Notes: a model not told the origin generated them from the letters alone. A DNA stretch of 64,000 nucleotides from Thermococcus sp. JdFR-02 (GCA_002009975.1 MTLP01000009.1:32001-96000), one strand, 5' to 3'. Shown: positions 51,785 through 62,123, numbered from the stretch's first letter. A program made the numbers and translations.

Positions 51785-53155
51785 ATGCAAGATCAATTAG
51801 AAAAAGCCCTTGCTTGGGCAATGGATAATTTAAAAGCAGAGTACATTGAATTGCGATATGAGAATGTTAAGAAGAATACATTAGAGCTTAAGGATGGGAC
51901 ATTTACGACTTTTACAGGCAAAACTCAAAGAGGAGTGGCAATTAGGGTTTTAGCTGATGGTGCTTGGGGATTTTCATCAACCAACCGTTTAGAGAACTTA
52001 AAAAAGGCAATTGAAGAAGCTTATAAAATTGCAAAAGCTGTTGCAAGTGCCAGAAAAGAAAAAATCCAATTGGCTGAGATAAAAACCTATGAAGATTTTG
52101 TTAAGAGCAAGATGAAGATCAAGCCGTTTGAGGTTGATATTGAAGAAAAGGTGGATCATTTACGAAGTCTAGAAAAGCTCTTGAAAGAGGATAAAGCAGT
52201 TAAATCTTCTTGGCTTCGTTATGAAGATGCATCTGGAGAAAAAATTTTGCTCACTAATGAAGGAACTAATATAAAATGGGAACTCAATTATGTTTGGCAA
52301 TACGTTTGGGCAACAGGAAAAGAAGGAGATAAATTGGCTGCTGCAAGGGATGAAGTTGGTGCCGTTGAATATGGATGGGAGCTGTTTAAGGAAAGGGAGC
52401 CAAATGAAGAGGTCGCTAAGAGGGTAATCAGAAAAGTGCATGCTCAGCTTAATGGTGTTGCTCCGAAGAGAGGTGAATTCCCAATAGTTGCTGGACCAAT
52501 AATAGTTGGAATTATTGCTCACGAAGCCTTGGGACATTTAGCTGAGGCAGATTTAACAATTAATTCACCATTTAAAGAGCTTATTGGAAAGCAAATTGCC
52601 CCAGAATACGTGACTATGAGTGAAAGAATAGTTGATGGTGGCTTTGGAAATGATAAATATGATGATGAGGGCGTTAAAGTCAAAGATATTCACATAATCG
52701 AAAATGGAATTTTAAAGGAGATAATGCTCAACAGGGAGTATGCTCATAAGTGGAACTTATCTCCAAATGGGCACGCTAGGGCTGAGAACTATACGTATCC
52801 TCCAATAATTAGAATGAGGAACACTATTTTTGAGCCTAGGGATTGGAGCTTAGAGGAGATGATTGAGGATATTAAGTTTGGTTATTATGTGGTAGATTTC
52901 AGAGGAGGACAAGCACAGCTAAACTCCTCGTTCCAAGTTGGTGTTCAAGAGGGTTACATGATAGAGAACGGCGAGATTACAAAATCCATAAGAGATACTT
53001 CAATAAGCGGAATTGCAATTGAAGCTCTAAAGAAAATTAGTGCAGTTGGAAAGGATTTTGGCTTAGAGATGGGAAGATGTGGAAAGGGACAAACAGCTTT
53101 TGTCAGCTCTGGTGGACCACACATGCGCTTTGATGGAGGAATAATTATTGGGTGA
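51785..53155 (+). CDS. tldD: TldD family metalloprotease
   Basis: HEALGHLAEAD, DDEG, GHARA, IRMRNT, CGKGQ. Confidence 0.93.
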   Translation: MQDQLEKALAWAMDNLKAEYIELRYENVKKNTLELKDGTFTTFTGKTQRGVAIRVLADGAWGFSSTNRLENLKKAIEEAYKIAKAVASARKEKIQLAEIKTYEDFVKSKMKIKPFEVDIEEKVDHLRSLEKLLKEDKAVKSSWLRYEDASGEKILLTNEGTNIKWELNYVWQYVWATGKEGDKLAAARDEVGAVEYGWELFKEREPNEEVAKRVIRKVHAQLNGVAPKRGEFPIVAGPIIVGIIAHEALGHLAEADLTINSPFKELIGKQIAPEYVTMSERIVDGGFGNDKYDDEGVKVKDIHIIENGILKEIMLNREYAHKWNLSPNGHARAENYTYPPIIRMRNTIFEPRDWSLEEMIEDIKFGYYVVDFRGGQAQLNSSFQVGVQEGYMIENGEITKSIRDTSISGIAIEALKKISAVGKDFGLEMGRCGKGQTAFVSSGGPHMRFDGGIIIG

Positions 53156-53165
53156 GGTGGGTAAA

Positions 53166-54491
53166 ATGGAAGAACTAATTCGTTATGGTGAAAAGCTCTT
53201 TGATGAGATTGAGATTGCTGTTTATAGGAATAGAGATGTAGGTATTCATATTGAACTTAATGAAGTTTCAACTTCAGCCGTTAGACAAAGAACTGTCACA
53301 ATTGTTAGGGGAATTAAAGATAAGCGCTTGGGACTGGCAATCATTGACAGCGAAGATAAAGATGAGATAAGAAGAGCCATAGATGAAGCCTATAAAATGG
53401 CAAAGCTAAACAATAAGGATGAGAAATGGAAAACTCTTCCAAAGCCAGGAAAGTATAAAAAGCCACCAAAGTTTGATAAAGCCCTAAAAGAGGTTTCTTC
53501 AGACTATTTTGTTGAGTTAGCTAAGAGAGGTATAGAATTAAGCTTGGAAAAAGACAAAAACTTAATTGTAGCTGGTGGCGGTGGGGGAGCAGAGTGGATT
53601 GAGAGCTTAATCTTAAATTCCCATGGCGTTGAAATTTCTCAGGAAGGAGGAGGAGCATACTTCTACTTGGGCTTTATTGGAAGGAAGGAAAGCTTAGTAA
53701 CTCCAATGATTTTTGACGTTGATGCAAGAAGAAACTTAAACTTGGACGTTGAGAATATTGTTGAAAATTTAGCTCAAAAAGTTAAGTGGGCTTATAAAGT
53801 TGAGAAGAGCAGGACCGAAGAAGCCAAGGTTATTGTAGAGCCATATGCTTTAGCAAGTCTTCTACACTTTGCCTTATTCCCAGCATTTAGTGGCGAAAAA
53901 TTGATTAAGCAAACTACTCCCCTAGCTAATAAAGTGGGAGAGCAGGTTTTCAATGAGCTTTTGACGATTTACGATGATCCATTCCATGAGTTAAGCTTAA
54001 AACCAGTGATAGCTGATGATGAGGGTGTTCCAACGAGGAAAAACGCTTTAATTGAAAATGGAACTTTCAAAGGCTTTTTGTGGGACAACTATTGGGCTAA
54101 TGTCTATGGAACAGAGAGTACAGGAAATGGAATAAGAAACTCAAGCACAGGTGGTATTTCAATAGGAATGCACAGTGTAGTGATTAAGAATGGTAAAGAA
54201 AGCCTAGAGGAATTAATAGCTGACATTGAGCATGGTTATTTGGTCAATGGCTTCCAAGGTGCTCACTCAAGCAATCCAGATAATGGTAACTTTGCAGTTG
54301 TAGCAAATCCAGCATATCTAATTGAAAATGGGGAGATAAAGGGTTCAACGGTTTTCATGATGAGCGGAAACGTTTATGAGCTGTTAAAGAATATCTATGC
54401 TGTAAGCAAGGAGCAGAAGGTTGTACCCTTTTATGGAACGACAATATCGCCTTCGATGGCATTTGAGAATGTCAGAATAGCTGGAAAATAG
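53166..54491 (+). CDS. pmbA: PmbA/TldE family protein
   Basis: DDEGVPT, TGNG, GAHSSNPDNGNF; lacks HExxxH; paired with tldD. Confidence 0.9.
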   Translation: MEELIRYGEKLFDEIEIAVYRNRDVGIHIELNEVSTSAVRQRTVTIVRGIKDKRLGLAIIDSEDKDEIRRAIDEAYKMAKLNNKDEKWKTLPKPGKYKKPPKFDKALKEVSSDYFVELAKRGIELSLEKDKNLIVAGGGGGAEWIESLILNSHGVEISQEGGGAYFYLGFIGRKESLVTPMIFDVDARRNLNLDVENIVENLAQKVKWAYKVEKSRTEEAKVIVEPYALASLLHFALFPAFSGEKLIKQTTPLANKVGEQVFNELLTIYDDPFHELSLKPVIADDEGVPTRKNALIENGTFKGFLWDNYWANVYGTESTGNGIRNSSTGGISIGMHSVVIKNGKESLEELIADIEHGYLVNGFQGAHSSNPDNGNFAVVANPAYLIENGEIKGSTVFMMSGNVYELLKNIYAVSKEQKVVPFYGTTISPSMAFENVRIAGK

Positions 54492-54541
54492 TTCGACAAA
54501 TTTATATTCGTAGGAATAGAATAGCTATTGGTGAAGTAAAA

Positions 54542-54772
54542 ATGGTAACTGCATTTATACTCCTCGTCACAGCAGCAGGGAAGGAAAGGGAAGTTATGAC
54601 AAAACTCTTGGGAATGTCAGAGGTTAAGGAAGCTTATGTGGTCTATGGAGAATATGATATAATTGCAAAAGTTGAGACAGACACCCTAAAAGAGCTTGAC
54701 AGGTTCATAATGGAAAACTTAAGGAGAATGCCGGAGATACAGATGACATCAACGATGATAGCAATTGAGTGA
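54542..54772 (+). CDS. Stand-alone Lrp/AsnC ligand-binding (RAM) domain protein
   Basis: MVTAFIL...VYGEYDII..V...TSTMIA. Confidence 0.9.
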   Translation: MVTAFILLVTAAGKEREVMTKLLGMSEVKEAYVVYGEYDIIAKVETDTLKELDRFIMENLRRMPEIQMTSTMIAIE

Positions 54773-54785
54773 CTCTCTTTTCTTT

Positions 54786-55136
54786 TTAAAATTCCAACTC
54801 AACTCCGTTATCATCTCCTTCCCAGAGAACAATTTTATAAAGCCTAACCCCAGTTGGGAGCTTGTCTTTAAGTCTTTCTGCTATCCATAGAGCTATATTC
54901 TCTGTTGTTGGATTCTCAAAAAGCTTGTTTAGATTCTTATGATCGAGGGATTTTAGTACCTCTTTTTCTACAATTGCCCTAAGCTCAAGGAAGTCCATTA
55001 CATAACCTTCTTTTATGCTTCCTTCAACGAAAATTTCAAGTCTATAAGTGTGTCCATGGAACTCCTCAAACTGCTTATTCATGACAATCGAATGTGCAGC
55101 TTCAAATTTAAACTTCTCTCTAATCCTCGCTCTCAT
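54786..55136 (-). CDS. 6-pyruvoyltetrahydropterin synthase family protein (ExxHGH variant)
   Basis: FEAAH, EEFHGHTY, LDHK.LN, PTTENIA. Confidence 0.88.
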   Translation of the reverse strand: MRARIREKFKFEAAHSIVMNKQFEEFHGHTYRLEIFVEGSIKEGYVMDFLELRAIVEKEVLKSLDHKNLNKLFENPTTENIALWIAERLKDKLPTGVRLYKIVLWEGDDNGVELEF

Positions 55137-55287
55137 AAAACCACCAAAAGAGTTAGCTCTTCAAAAGCTTTAAATTCTCTTATGTCGAATTAGATATATT
55201 TGCTGGTTTATAAAATAACCCACCGTAATGTTTAAATTTGATAGAACTTATAAAGCTCACAAGATTAGTTCTGTGGGGGATGATAAA

Positions 55288-57369
55288 ATGGTAAGGTATA
55301 TGGTGACATCGGCACTTCCTTACGCTAATGGTCCAATTCACGTTGGACACTTAGCAGGGGCTTACTTACCAGCAGATATATTCGTTAGATACCTCAAGTT
55401 AAAGGGAGAGGACGTCGTTTACATTTGCGGAACAGATGAACATGGAACACCGATAACTTTTAGAGCTTTAAAAGAAGGAAAGACACCGAGAGAGATAGTT
55501 GATTATTACCACGAACAGATAAAAGAAACCTTTGGGAAGGCAAAGATTGACTTCGATTTCTTCGGAAGAACTGAATTTGAAGTACATTACAAGCTTTCCC
55601 AAGAGTTCTTCCTAAAGCTACTTGAAAATGGATATCTAATTAAAAGAGTTGAAAAGCAGGCTTACTGTGAACATGATAAGATGTTCTTACCAGATAGATA
55701 TGTTATTGGAACTTGTCCCTATTGTGGTGCTGAAGGGCAAAGAGGAGATCAATGTGAAGCTTGTGGAAGACCATTGACTCCAGAACTGTTGATAAATCCA
55801 AAGTGTAACATATGTGGGAGCTCAATAACTTTCAAAAATTCTGCTCATTACTACATTAAAATGCAGGATTTTGAGGAGAGGATAAGGAAGTGGATAGAGG
55901 GTAATAGCCACTGGAAGCCTAACGTTAGGAACACAGTCCTTGGATGGATAGGGGAAGGATTGGAGGAAAGGGCAATAACGAGAGACTTAAACTGGGGAAT
56001 CCCCGTACCTCTTGAAGAGGAAGACATGAAAGGGAAAGTGCTTTACGTATGGTTTGAGGCACCTATAGGTTATATTTCAATAACGATCGAGTATTTCAAG
56101 CGCTTAGGAAAGGATGAAGAATGGAAGAAATACTGGCTAAACGGTTACGAGGGAGAGCTTAAGGTGATCCATTTCATTGGAAAGGACAACATTCCATTCC
56201 ACGCAATCTTTTGGCCAGCTTTCTTAATAGGTTATGGCAAATATAAGGATGAAAAAGGTGAATTTAAGTGGGCATTGCCTTACGATATTCCAGCCAATGA
56301 ATATCTTAACTTAGAAGGTAGGAAGATTTCAACGAGTAGAAACTGGGCTATTTGGGTTCACGAATTTTTAGATGAATTCCCGGCTGATTACTTGAGATAT
56401 TACCTAACTGCTATAATGCCCGAAACAAGAGATGCAGACTTTAATTTTGAGGACTTTCAAAAGAAAATTAATGAAGAGCTTGTCAATAACTTAGGGAACT
56501 TTATCCATAGGGCAATGACCTTTGTCCACAGGTATTTCAGGGGAATTGTTCCAGATCAAGGCGAATTGGATGAGCTTGATAAAGAAGCCTTAGAAAAAAT
56601 TGAGAGGGCGTTTGGAAGAGTTGGGGAATTACTCTCAGCTTATCAATTTAAAGCAGCATTAAAGGAGGTTATGGATTTAGCCAACTTTGGGAACAAGTAT
56701 TTCGACTATAAGCAGCCTTGGAAGACTGCTAAAGAAGACAAGGTAAGAACTGGAACGACGATAAACATTTCGTTGCAAATAGTAAAAGCTCTTGGAGTTT
56801 TGCTTGGACCATTTTTACCAGATGCGAGTGATAGAATTTGGAACATGCTCAACTTAAATGAAAAGAAAGAGTGGAAATTCAAGCCCTTAGAGAGCGGACA
56901 TAAAGTAAATAAGGCTAAAATCCTTTTTAAGAAAGTTGACGATGAGCAAATAAAGAATTACCTAAAGAAGTACTTCCCTGCATTGCTTGAAAAATACTTC
57001 CCCGAAGAACTTCAAAAGGAGGAAAAGACAGAGGAGGATGAAAAGATGTATGTTAGCTTTGATGACTTTGCAAAGATTGATTTAAGGGTTGGAAAGATAG
57101 TAAGTGTTGAAGACCATCCAAATGCGGACAAGCTTTATATCTTAAAAGTTGACCTTGGAAGTGAAATTAGGCAATTAGTGGCTGGCTTAAAGAAGTATTA
57201 CACCAAAGAAGAGCTCTTAGGCCACTATGTTGTCGTAATTACGAATTTGGAACCAAAGAAGCTTAGAGGTGTAGAGAGCCAGGGAATGCTCTTAGCTGCA
57301 GATGATGGAGAAAGAGTTGCAATATTGGTTCCAGATAAAGAAGTAAAACTTGGTGCTAAAATTCACTGA
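55288..57369 (+). CDS. metG: Methionyl-tRNA synthetase with C-terminal tRNA-binding domain
   Basis: ALPYANG..HVGH, Zn knuckles, YVWFEA, KISTS, SQGMLLA. Confidence 0.98.
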   Translation: MVRYMVTSALPYANGPIHVGHLAGAYLPADIFVRYLKLKGEDVVYICGTDEHGTPITFRALKEGKTPREIVDYYHEQIKETFGKAKIDFDFFGRTEFEVHYKLSQEFFLKLLENGYLIKRVEKQAYCEHDKMFLPDRYVIGTCPYCGAEGQRGDQCEACGRPLTPELLINPKCNICGSSITFKNSAHYYIKMQDFEERIRKWIEGNSHWKPNVRNTVLGWIGEGLEERAITRDLNWGIPVPLEEEDMKGKVLYVWFEAPIGYISITIEYFKRLGKDEEWKKYWLNGYEGELKVIHFIGKDNIPFHAIFWPAFLIGYGKYKDEKGEFKWALPYDIPANEYLNLEGRKISTSRNWAIWVHEFLDEFPADYLRYYLTAIMPETRDADFNFEDFQKKINEELVNNLGNFIHRAMTFVHRYFRGIVPDQGELDELDKEALEKIERAFGRVGELLSAYQFKAALKEVMDLANFGNKYFDYKQPWKTAKEDKVRTGTTINISLQIVKALGVLLGPFLPDASDRIWNMLNLNEKKEWKFKPLESGHKVNKAKILFKKVDDEQIKNYLKKYFPALLEKYFPEELQKEEKTEEDEKMYVSFDDFAKIDLRVGKIVSVEDHPNADKLYILKVDLGSEIRQLVAGLKKYYTKEELLGHYVVVITNLEPKKLRGVESQGMLLAADDGERVAILVPDKEVKLGAKIH

Positions 57370-57397
57370 TTTCCTTTAATTTTAAAAATAAAAAAGA

Positions 57398-58243
57398 TCA
57401 TTGCTTTCCTTTTTCTTGTCTTATTGGGTAGGGCATGAATTCAACAGTTCCCCTTTGCTTCATTGGTTGTGGATAGAGTTGCATTAAAGTATAGACCTCC
57501 TCTGGAACTTCTGTGCTAACGTTTAGTCCAAGCTTTTTAGCTTCATCAACCGTTATTGGATAATCATGTGTCCATCTTCCTTCAGTTAATACTTGAGCCA
57601 ATTCCTTAGCCTTCTCATCTCCATATTTGTCTTTTAAGAGTTCATAGATAAAGCTTTGAACTTGGTTTATCGCTTTCTCTGCGACATCGGCTAATATTAG
57701 GGTTTGATCATCAACTTTATCTACTCCCTTTTGTTTGACCGCTTTAACTATGCTTGGTGCTGGATATTGACCCAATTGTGGGTCTACAGGTCCTAAAACT
57801 GCATGAGGATCCATGATTATTTTGTCAGCAGCTAAAGCTATTAAAGTTCCACCGCTCATGGCATAGTGTGGAACTATGACCCTTGTCTCGGCTGGATGAT
57901 CTTTCAAAGCCTTTGCAATTTGTGTTGCCGCTAAAACTAATCCACCGGGAGTGTGAACTATCAGGTCAATTGGTTTATCTTTTGGTGCCATTCTAATTGC
58001 TCTTAAAATCTCCTCGCTGTCTTCAATGCTTATGAACTTGTAGAAGGGAATTCCAAATAGTCCAATACTTTCCTGTCTGTGAATTAGTGTTATAACTGTT
58101 GAATTTCTTTTCCTTGCTAAGCGTTGTAAAAGCTTTGTTCTTGCCATTTGCAGTTGTCTGTATTGCAGCTGGGGTCCCATTATCATGTAAAAGATTAGGA
58201 ACCACCATATTAGTGACCCAAAGAACCCACTGAGTGGATCCAA
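57398..58243 (-). CDS. ClpP-class (SDH family) serine protease
   Basis: HTPGGLV, PHYAMSGGT, LGPVDPQ, WTHDYP; TTG start after GGAGGTG. Confidence 0.9.
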   Translation of the reverse strand: MDPLSGFFGSLIWWFLIFYMIMGPQLQYRQLQMARTKLLQRLARKRNSTVITLIHRQESIGLFGIPFYKFISIEDSEEILRAIRMAPKDKPIDLIVHTPGGLVLAATQIAKALKDHPAETRVIVPHYAMSGGTLIALAADKIIMDPHAVLGPVDPQLGQYPAPSIVKAVKQKGVDKVDDQTLILADVAEKAINQVQSFIYELLKDKYGDEKAKELAQVLTEGRWTHDYPITVDEAKKLGLNVSTEVPEEVYTLMQLYPQPMKQRGTVEFMPYPIRQEKGKQ

Positions 58244-58255
58244 GTTCCCACCTCC

Positions 58256-58278
58256 TTTAATCACTAAAGTTAACTAAA
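58256..58278. promoter_or_regulatory. Phr-like heat-shock operator candidate
   Basis: TTTAATCACTAAAGTTAACTAAA fits TTTnnTnnCn5GnnAnnAAA at 9/10 fixed positions; between TATA and RBS of the protease gene. Confidence 0.5.
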
Positions 58279-58371
58279 ACTTTCATTTTTATATATTTTT
58301 CTTTCTTCAAAATTTTCACATGAAAATTTTTATAAGACTAAAAATTTCATATAGACTTTAAGGTGAATGGT

Positions 58372-58758
58372 ATGAAGATCTCGGAGTTGATGGCAAAGCT
58401 TAAGGAAAGACAAAGGAGAACAGTCCAGAGTTGTTTAAAACAATGTGGAATAATGGATTTAGAGGAAGAGGTAGACTATGAAGTCAACAAAGAGGTAATA
58501 AGATTTTTGAAGCTAATTTCCAATCCAATAAGAATTAGTATTTTAAAAATGCTCAGGAATAAGTGGATGTGTGTTTGTTTAATCTCCCAAGCTCTTGAGC
58601 AGGATCAGACATTAATAAGCCACCATCTGCGTTCCTTGAGAGAAATGAACTTAGTTTTTGAAAGAAGGGAGGGAAAGCTGAAGTTCTACAGAACAAATTT
58701 GGAGGAGTTTAAGAAGTATTTAAAGCTTATCAACGAAGAATTTGAAATAGAAGCTTGA
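58372..58758 (+). CDS. ArsR/SmtB family transcription regulator
   Basis: SNPIRISIL, MCVC, QTLISHHL, REGK..FY. Confidence 0.9.
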   Translation: MKISELMAKLKERQRRTVQSCLKQCGIMDLEEEVDYEVNKEVIRFLKLISNPIRISILKMLRNKWMCVCLISQALEQDQTLISHHLRSLREMNLVFERREGKLKFYRTNLEEFKKYLKLINEEFEIEA

Positions 58759-58802
58759 AAAGTTTTTTCTTTTGTTTTTTATAATTATTTGGGGTGATTT
58801 TT

Positions 58803-59093
58803 GTGAATGAGCTTCAGAAAAAAGTTGATGAGCTTATAAAGGAGTTTGGAGGTTATTGGGAGCCTTTTGAAATGCTTGCTGCAGTTGTTGAAGAACTTGG
58901 CGAGTTTAGCAGGGAAATGCTGAGATACGAAAATGTTAAAGAAAAAGGTAATAAGGAAAAGTTAGAAGAAGAATTTGGTGATCTGTTGTTCACCTTAGCA
59001 TGCATAGCCAATTACTATGACCTCGACATGTACTCGACACTCAACAAGTCAATATCAAAATATTCCAATCGTGATAAGACACGGTGGATATAA
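58803..59093 (+). CDS. MazG-like nucleotide pyrophosphohydrolase
   Basis: VEELGE...EEEFGDLLF..ACIAN. Confidence 0.88.
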   Translation: MNELQKKVDELIKEFGGYWEPFEMLAAVVEELGEFSREMLRYENVKEKGNKEKLEEEFGDLLFTLACIANYYDLDMYSTLNKSISKYSNRDKTRWI

Positions 59094-59313
59094 CGACCAG
59101 TTATTGTAAATTTTTAACTTCGAACTTAAGTCCATATTTACCACGTCTTTCACTATGTGAATTTGTGTTATATTGAATTTACAATTTTTAAAATTTAGAA
59201 AATTATAATATAACATTTTGTTCTATAATTGGATGTACCTAATTTAGTATATTGGATAACATCCGAAACATTTTTATAAAGAAAAAATGTGAACTATTCT
59301 GAGGTGTCTCTGA

Positions 59314-59763
59314 ATGAGGGCTAAAATAGACAAAGTTGATGTGCAAATCATAAAGTTACTTTCTAAGAATTCAAGACTAACATATAAAGAACTTGCAGAA
59401 AAATTAAAAACAACAAGGCAAAGAGTCTCAAGGAGACTCGACAAGCTTGAAAAAATGGGAATTATTAAAAAATACACCCTAATTCCAGATTTTGAAAGAC
59501 TAGGATACGTTTATGTTATCCTTGGTGTTACACTAAAGCCAGGAGTTCCAGTGGACCCAATAATTGAAAAGTTGAAGGAAGATGAGGATGTTAAGATAAT
59601 AGAGAGAGCAATAGGATCTCATAGCCTAATACTCCATTTAGTTGCTCCAACAGACATGAAGAAGATTGAAAAGAAGGTTAACGAAATTTCCCAAAAAATT
59701 GACGGAATTGACAAGATGGATATAACATTTATTACAGAAATTGTTAAATTTGAAATTCTCTGA
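59314..59763 (+). CDS. Lrp/AsnC family transcription regulator
   Basis: DKVDVQII..L.KNSR.TY.ELA HTH, GIIKKYT, RAM domain. Confidence 0.92.
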   Translation: MRAKIDKVDVQIIKLLSKNSRLTYKELAEKLKTTRQRVSRRLDKLEKMGIIKKYTLIPDFERLGYVYVILGVTLKPGVPVDPIIEKLKEDEDVKIIERAIGSHSLILHLVAPTDMKKIEKKVNEISQKIDGIDKMDITFITEIVKFEIL

Positions 59764-59856
59764 TTTTTCTTCATTCTTTGTCTTAGTCAATGAACGAAAG
59801 GAAAAATATAATAAGACTAGTATTCTACTTCACAGTAAAATCAAGAGGTGCCAAAA

Positions 59857-60561
59857 ATGCTACTCATCAGTATACCACTGCTCTTAACAATGGCAATTTT
59901 TGCCTATAAGAGACACATCTTGGATATAAAAGGCTCTATAGCCGCATTTTTCATAGGTCTGCTAACATTTGAGTTAGGTGGCATAGTAACTTTTCTTGCG
60001 CTCCTAATTTTCTTGGTGTTTGGAAGTTTGGCAACAAAGTATAAATATAGAGAGAAGGCCAAAATTGGGATAGCAGAAGATCGTAGAGGAACAAGAAGTT
60101 GGGGAAACGTCTTTGGAAATGGTTTAGCAGCAGTTCTGTTCTTAATTGGAGAGTATTTAACTCAACAGGATTTCTTTTGGGTAGCTACCTTTAGTGCTAT
60201 AGCGACTGCAAATGCTGATACACTTGCAAGTGAGTTAGGAAAGATATTTGGAAAAAGACCAAGACTAATAACCAATTTTAAAGAGGTTTTACCTGGAACA
60301 AACGGTGCTATTTCTCTTCAAGGTGAGTTCTTTGCTTTAGTGGGTGCTTTTGTGATAGGTCTAATAGCTATGCTAAAAATGTCATATAAATGGGAAATAT
60401 TCTTCTCTACAGTTATAGGAGGATTTGTAGGGTGTAATGTTGACAGCATAATTGGAGCAACGATTGAGAATAAAGGGTGGTTCAATAACGATTTAACCAA
60501 CTTTACTGCAACGTTTATTGGAGCATTGGTTGGAATAGGAGTTTTCATACTTTTGAGATAG
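59857..60561 (+). CDS. DUF92 (TMEM19) family membrane protein
   Basis: RSWGNVFGNG, ADTLASELG, PGTNGAIS, DSIIGATIE. Confidence 0.9.
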   Translation: MLLISIPLLLTMAIFAYKRHILDIKGSIAAFFIGLLTFELGGIVTFLALLIFLVFGSLATKYKYREKAKIGIAEDRRGTRSWGNVFGNGLAAVLFLIGEYLTQQDFFWVATFSAIATANADTLASELGKIFGKRPRLITNFKEVLPGTNGAISLQGEFFALVGAFVIGLIAMLKMSYKWEIFFSTVIGGFVGCNVDSIIGATIENKGWFNNDLTNFTATFIGALVGIGVFILLR

Positions 60562-60572
60562 GGGGGATAAGA

Positions 60573-60932
60573 ATGAAGGTTATGGTGTGTAGAGAGTTTT
60601 ACTTTGATGCAGCTCATCAAGTTCCTAAGCATCCTGGGAAATGTTCAAATATACATGGGCACACATATAAACTTGAAGTTTGTGTGAAAGGCGAGCTAAA
60701 TGAGATGGGAATGGTAATTGATTTTGGAGATATGAAGAAGATTGTTAAGAGTGAAATTATAGATGTTTTAGATCATAAGTTGATAAATAGCATACTTCCA
60801 AACCCAACGGCTGAAAATATTGCTATCTGGGTGTTTAACAAGCTTAAACCTAAGTTTGAAGAGCTGGGTGTTGAGTTGGTTAGCGTTAAGATTTGGGAAG
60901 GAGTTGGGAAATGGGCTGAAGTTACTAAATAA
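60573..60932 (+). CDS. queD: 6-carboxy-5,6,7,8-tetrahydropterin synthase QueD
   Basis: FDAAH, CSNIHGHTY (Cx3HGH), PTAENIA. Confidence 0.9.
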   Translation: MKVMVCREFYFDAAHQVPKHPGKCSNIHGHTYKLEVCVKGELNEMGMVIDFGDMKKIVKSEIIDVLDHKLINSILPNPTAENIAIWVFNKLKPKFEELGVELVSVKIWEGVGKWAEVTK

Positions 60933-60989
60933 AGATGAAGAGAAGGCGGATTGCTGATGGATGATGAAGACCTTAGGGGCTGATTTATT
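60928..60989 (+). ncRNA. Box C/D guide sRNA
   Basis: AATAAA-G-ATGAAGA-GAAGGCGGATTG-CTGA-TGG-ATGATGA-AGACCTTAGGGG-CTGA-TTTATT: two 12-nt guides and a 6-bp terminal stem. Confidence 0.85.
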
Positions 60990-62034
60990 CACCTCTCTTT
61001 CTAAGCTCTTCTTCAAAAACGTTCCATAGAGCAATTAAAACTGCTGGAATTCCATGTTCAGTTGCAAACGTCATGTAAGGGGCTAAGTCAATAACATAAT
61101 CGGCAAATCTGAAAAGTCCCCTTGGAATTCCTTCCCTTGAGCCTATGAACACAACAACTTCTCTAGCATAAAATAAGTCTTTTCCAAGCTTTTCTTTGAC
61201 TTCACTAATGGTTTGTCCTTTCGGATCTGTGATTATTAGTAATCTTTTATTTCTGTGCTTATCTCTAATCACTTGATACAAATCCCAAACACTCACTGGA
61301 ACTTTTTCAATCTTCCAAGGATAAGCTTCTCTTTGTATTTGATATCTGGACTCTTGTCCTATCTTGATTCCTTCTAAAAAGTGCATGAGCTCATATCCAT
61401 CAATTTTTTCCTTAGGTGCAATTATGAGTTCTTTAATCTCAAAAGCCTGCGCTGCTCTTCCAATTTTTTCTCCAAAATTCCTGCAAGCCTTGTAATCACC
61501 CCAATAGGGCATTTGGACTATGCTCACCTTTTTAAAGAGCTTTCTTGCATCTGGCTTCTCCGGGGTGAACTTTTTCCATTCTTCCTTTCCACCAACGCTT
61601 ATGTAAGCTTTATCTCCAATTATTTCGACATAGATGATTTTGTCTGGAAAGCTTAAGTTTACATCTGCATTTGTTAATTCTTTGATCTTTGCACCTAAAG
61701 CCACGTTAACGTCGATGCTTGAAAAATCGTGAGTTCCTCTTCTCTTAGTTTTTACGGCAAAAGTCTCGTTTTCACTTATATGTTTTGCCACACCCTCAGC
61801 GGTCTTTATTATCTCTTCAATTTTTGCGGGAACTTCATATAAAACTCCCAAAACTCTCTCTACCTCGGGGATTTCAAGAATTTTCTCCTTAGCCCTTTCA
61901 TCAGCTGTTTCAACCAAAACTAACCCAGAGTATCCCATAGGAGATATCCAAATGTTAGCATCAATTAAGCTTTCTTTAATGTAATTACCAGCAATAGCTT
62001 CCATTCCCCTTTGTGTTTTTACTAAAAACTTCAT
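60985..62034 (-). CDS. THUMP-SPOUT RNA methyltransferase
   Basis: THUMP (TFAVKTKRRG..DFSS) plus SPOUT (ITDPKG, FIGSREG, IDLAP). Confidence 0.88.
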   Translation of the reverse strand: MKFLVKTQRGMEAIAGNYIKESLIDANIWISPMGYSGLVLVETADERAKEKILEIPEVERVLGVLYEVPAKIEEIIKTAEGVAKHISENETFAVKTKRRGTHDFSSIDVNVALGAKIKELTNADVNLSFPDKIIYVEIIGDKAYISVGGKEEWKKFTPEKPDARKLFKKVSIVQMPYWGDYKACRNFGEKIGRAAQAFEIKELIIAPKEKIDGYELMHFLEGIKIGQESRYQIQREAYPWKIEKVPVSVWDLYQVIRDKHRNKRLLIITDPKGQTISEVKEKLGKDLFYAREVVVFIGSREGIPRGLFRFADYVIDLAPYMTFATEHGIPAVLIALWNVFEEELRKRGE

Positions 62035-62123
62035 TTTTCTCACCATGTAGAAGAAGGGAGAGGAGATTTAAAAGGTTGTTCTTAAACTACAAAAATCCAG
62101 AGCAGGGAGAGTAGAAAGGGAAA

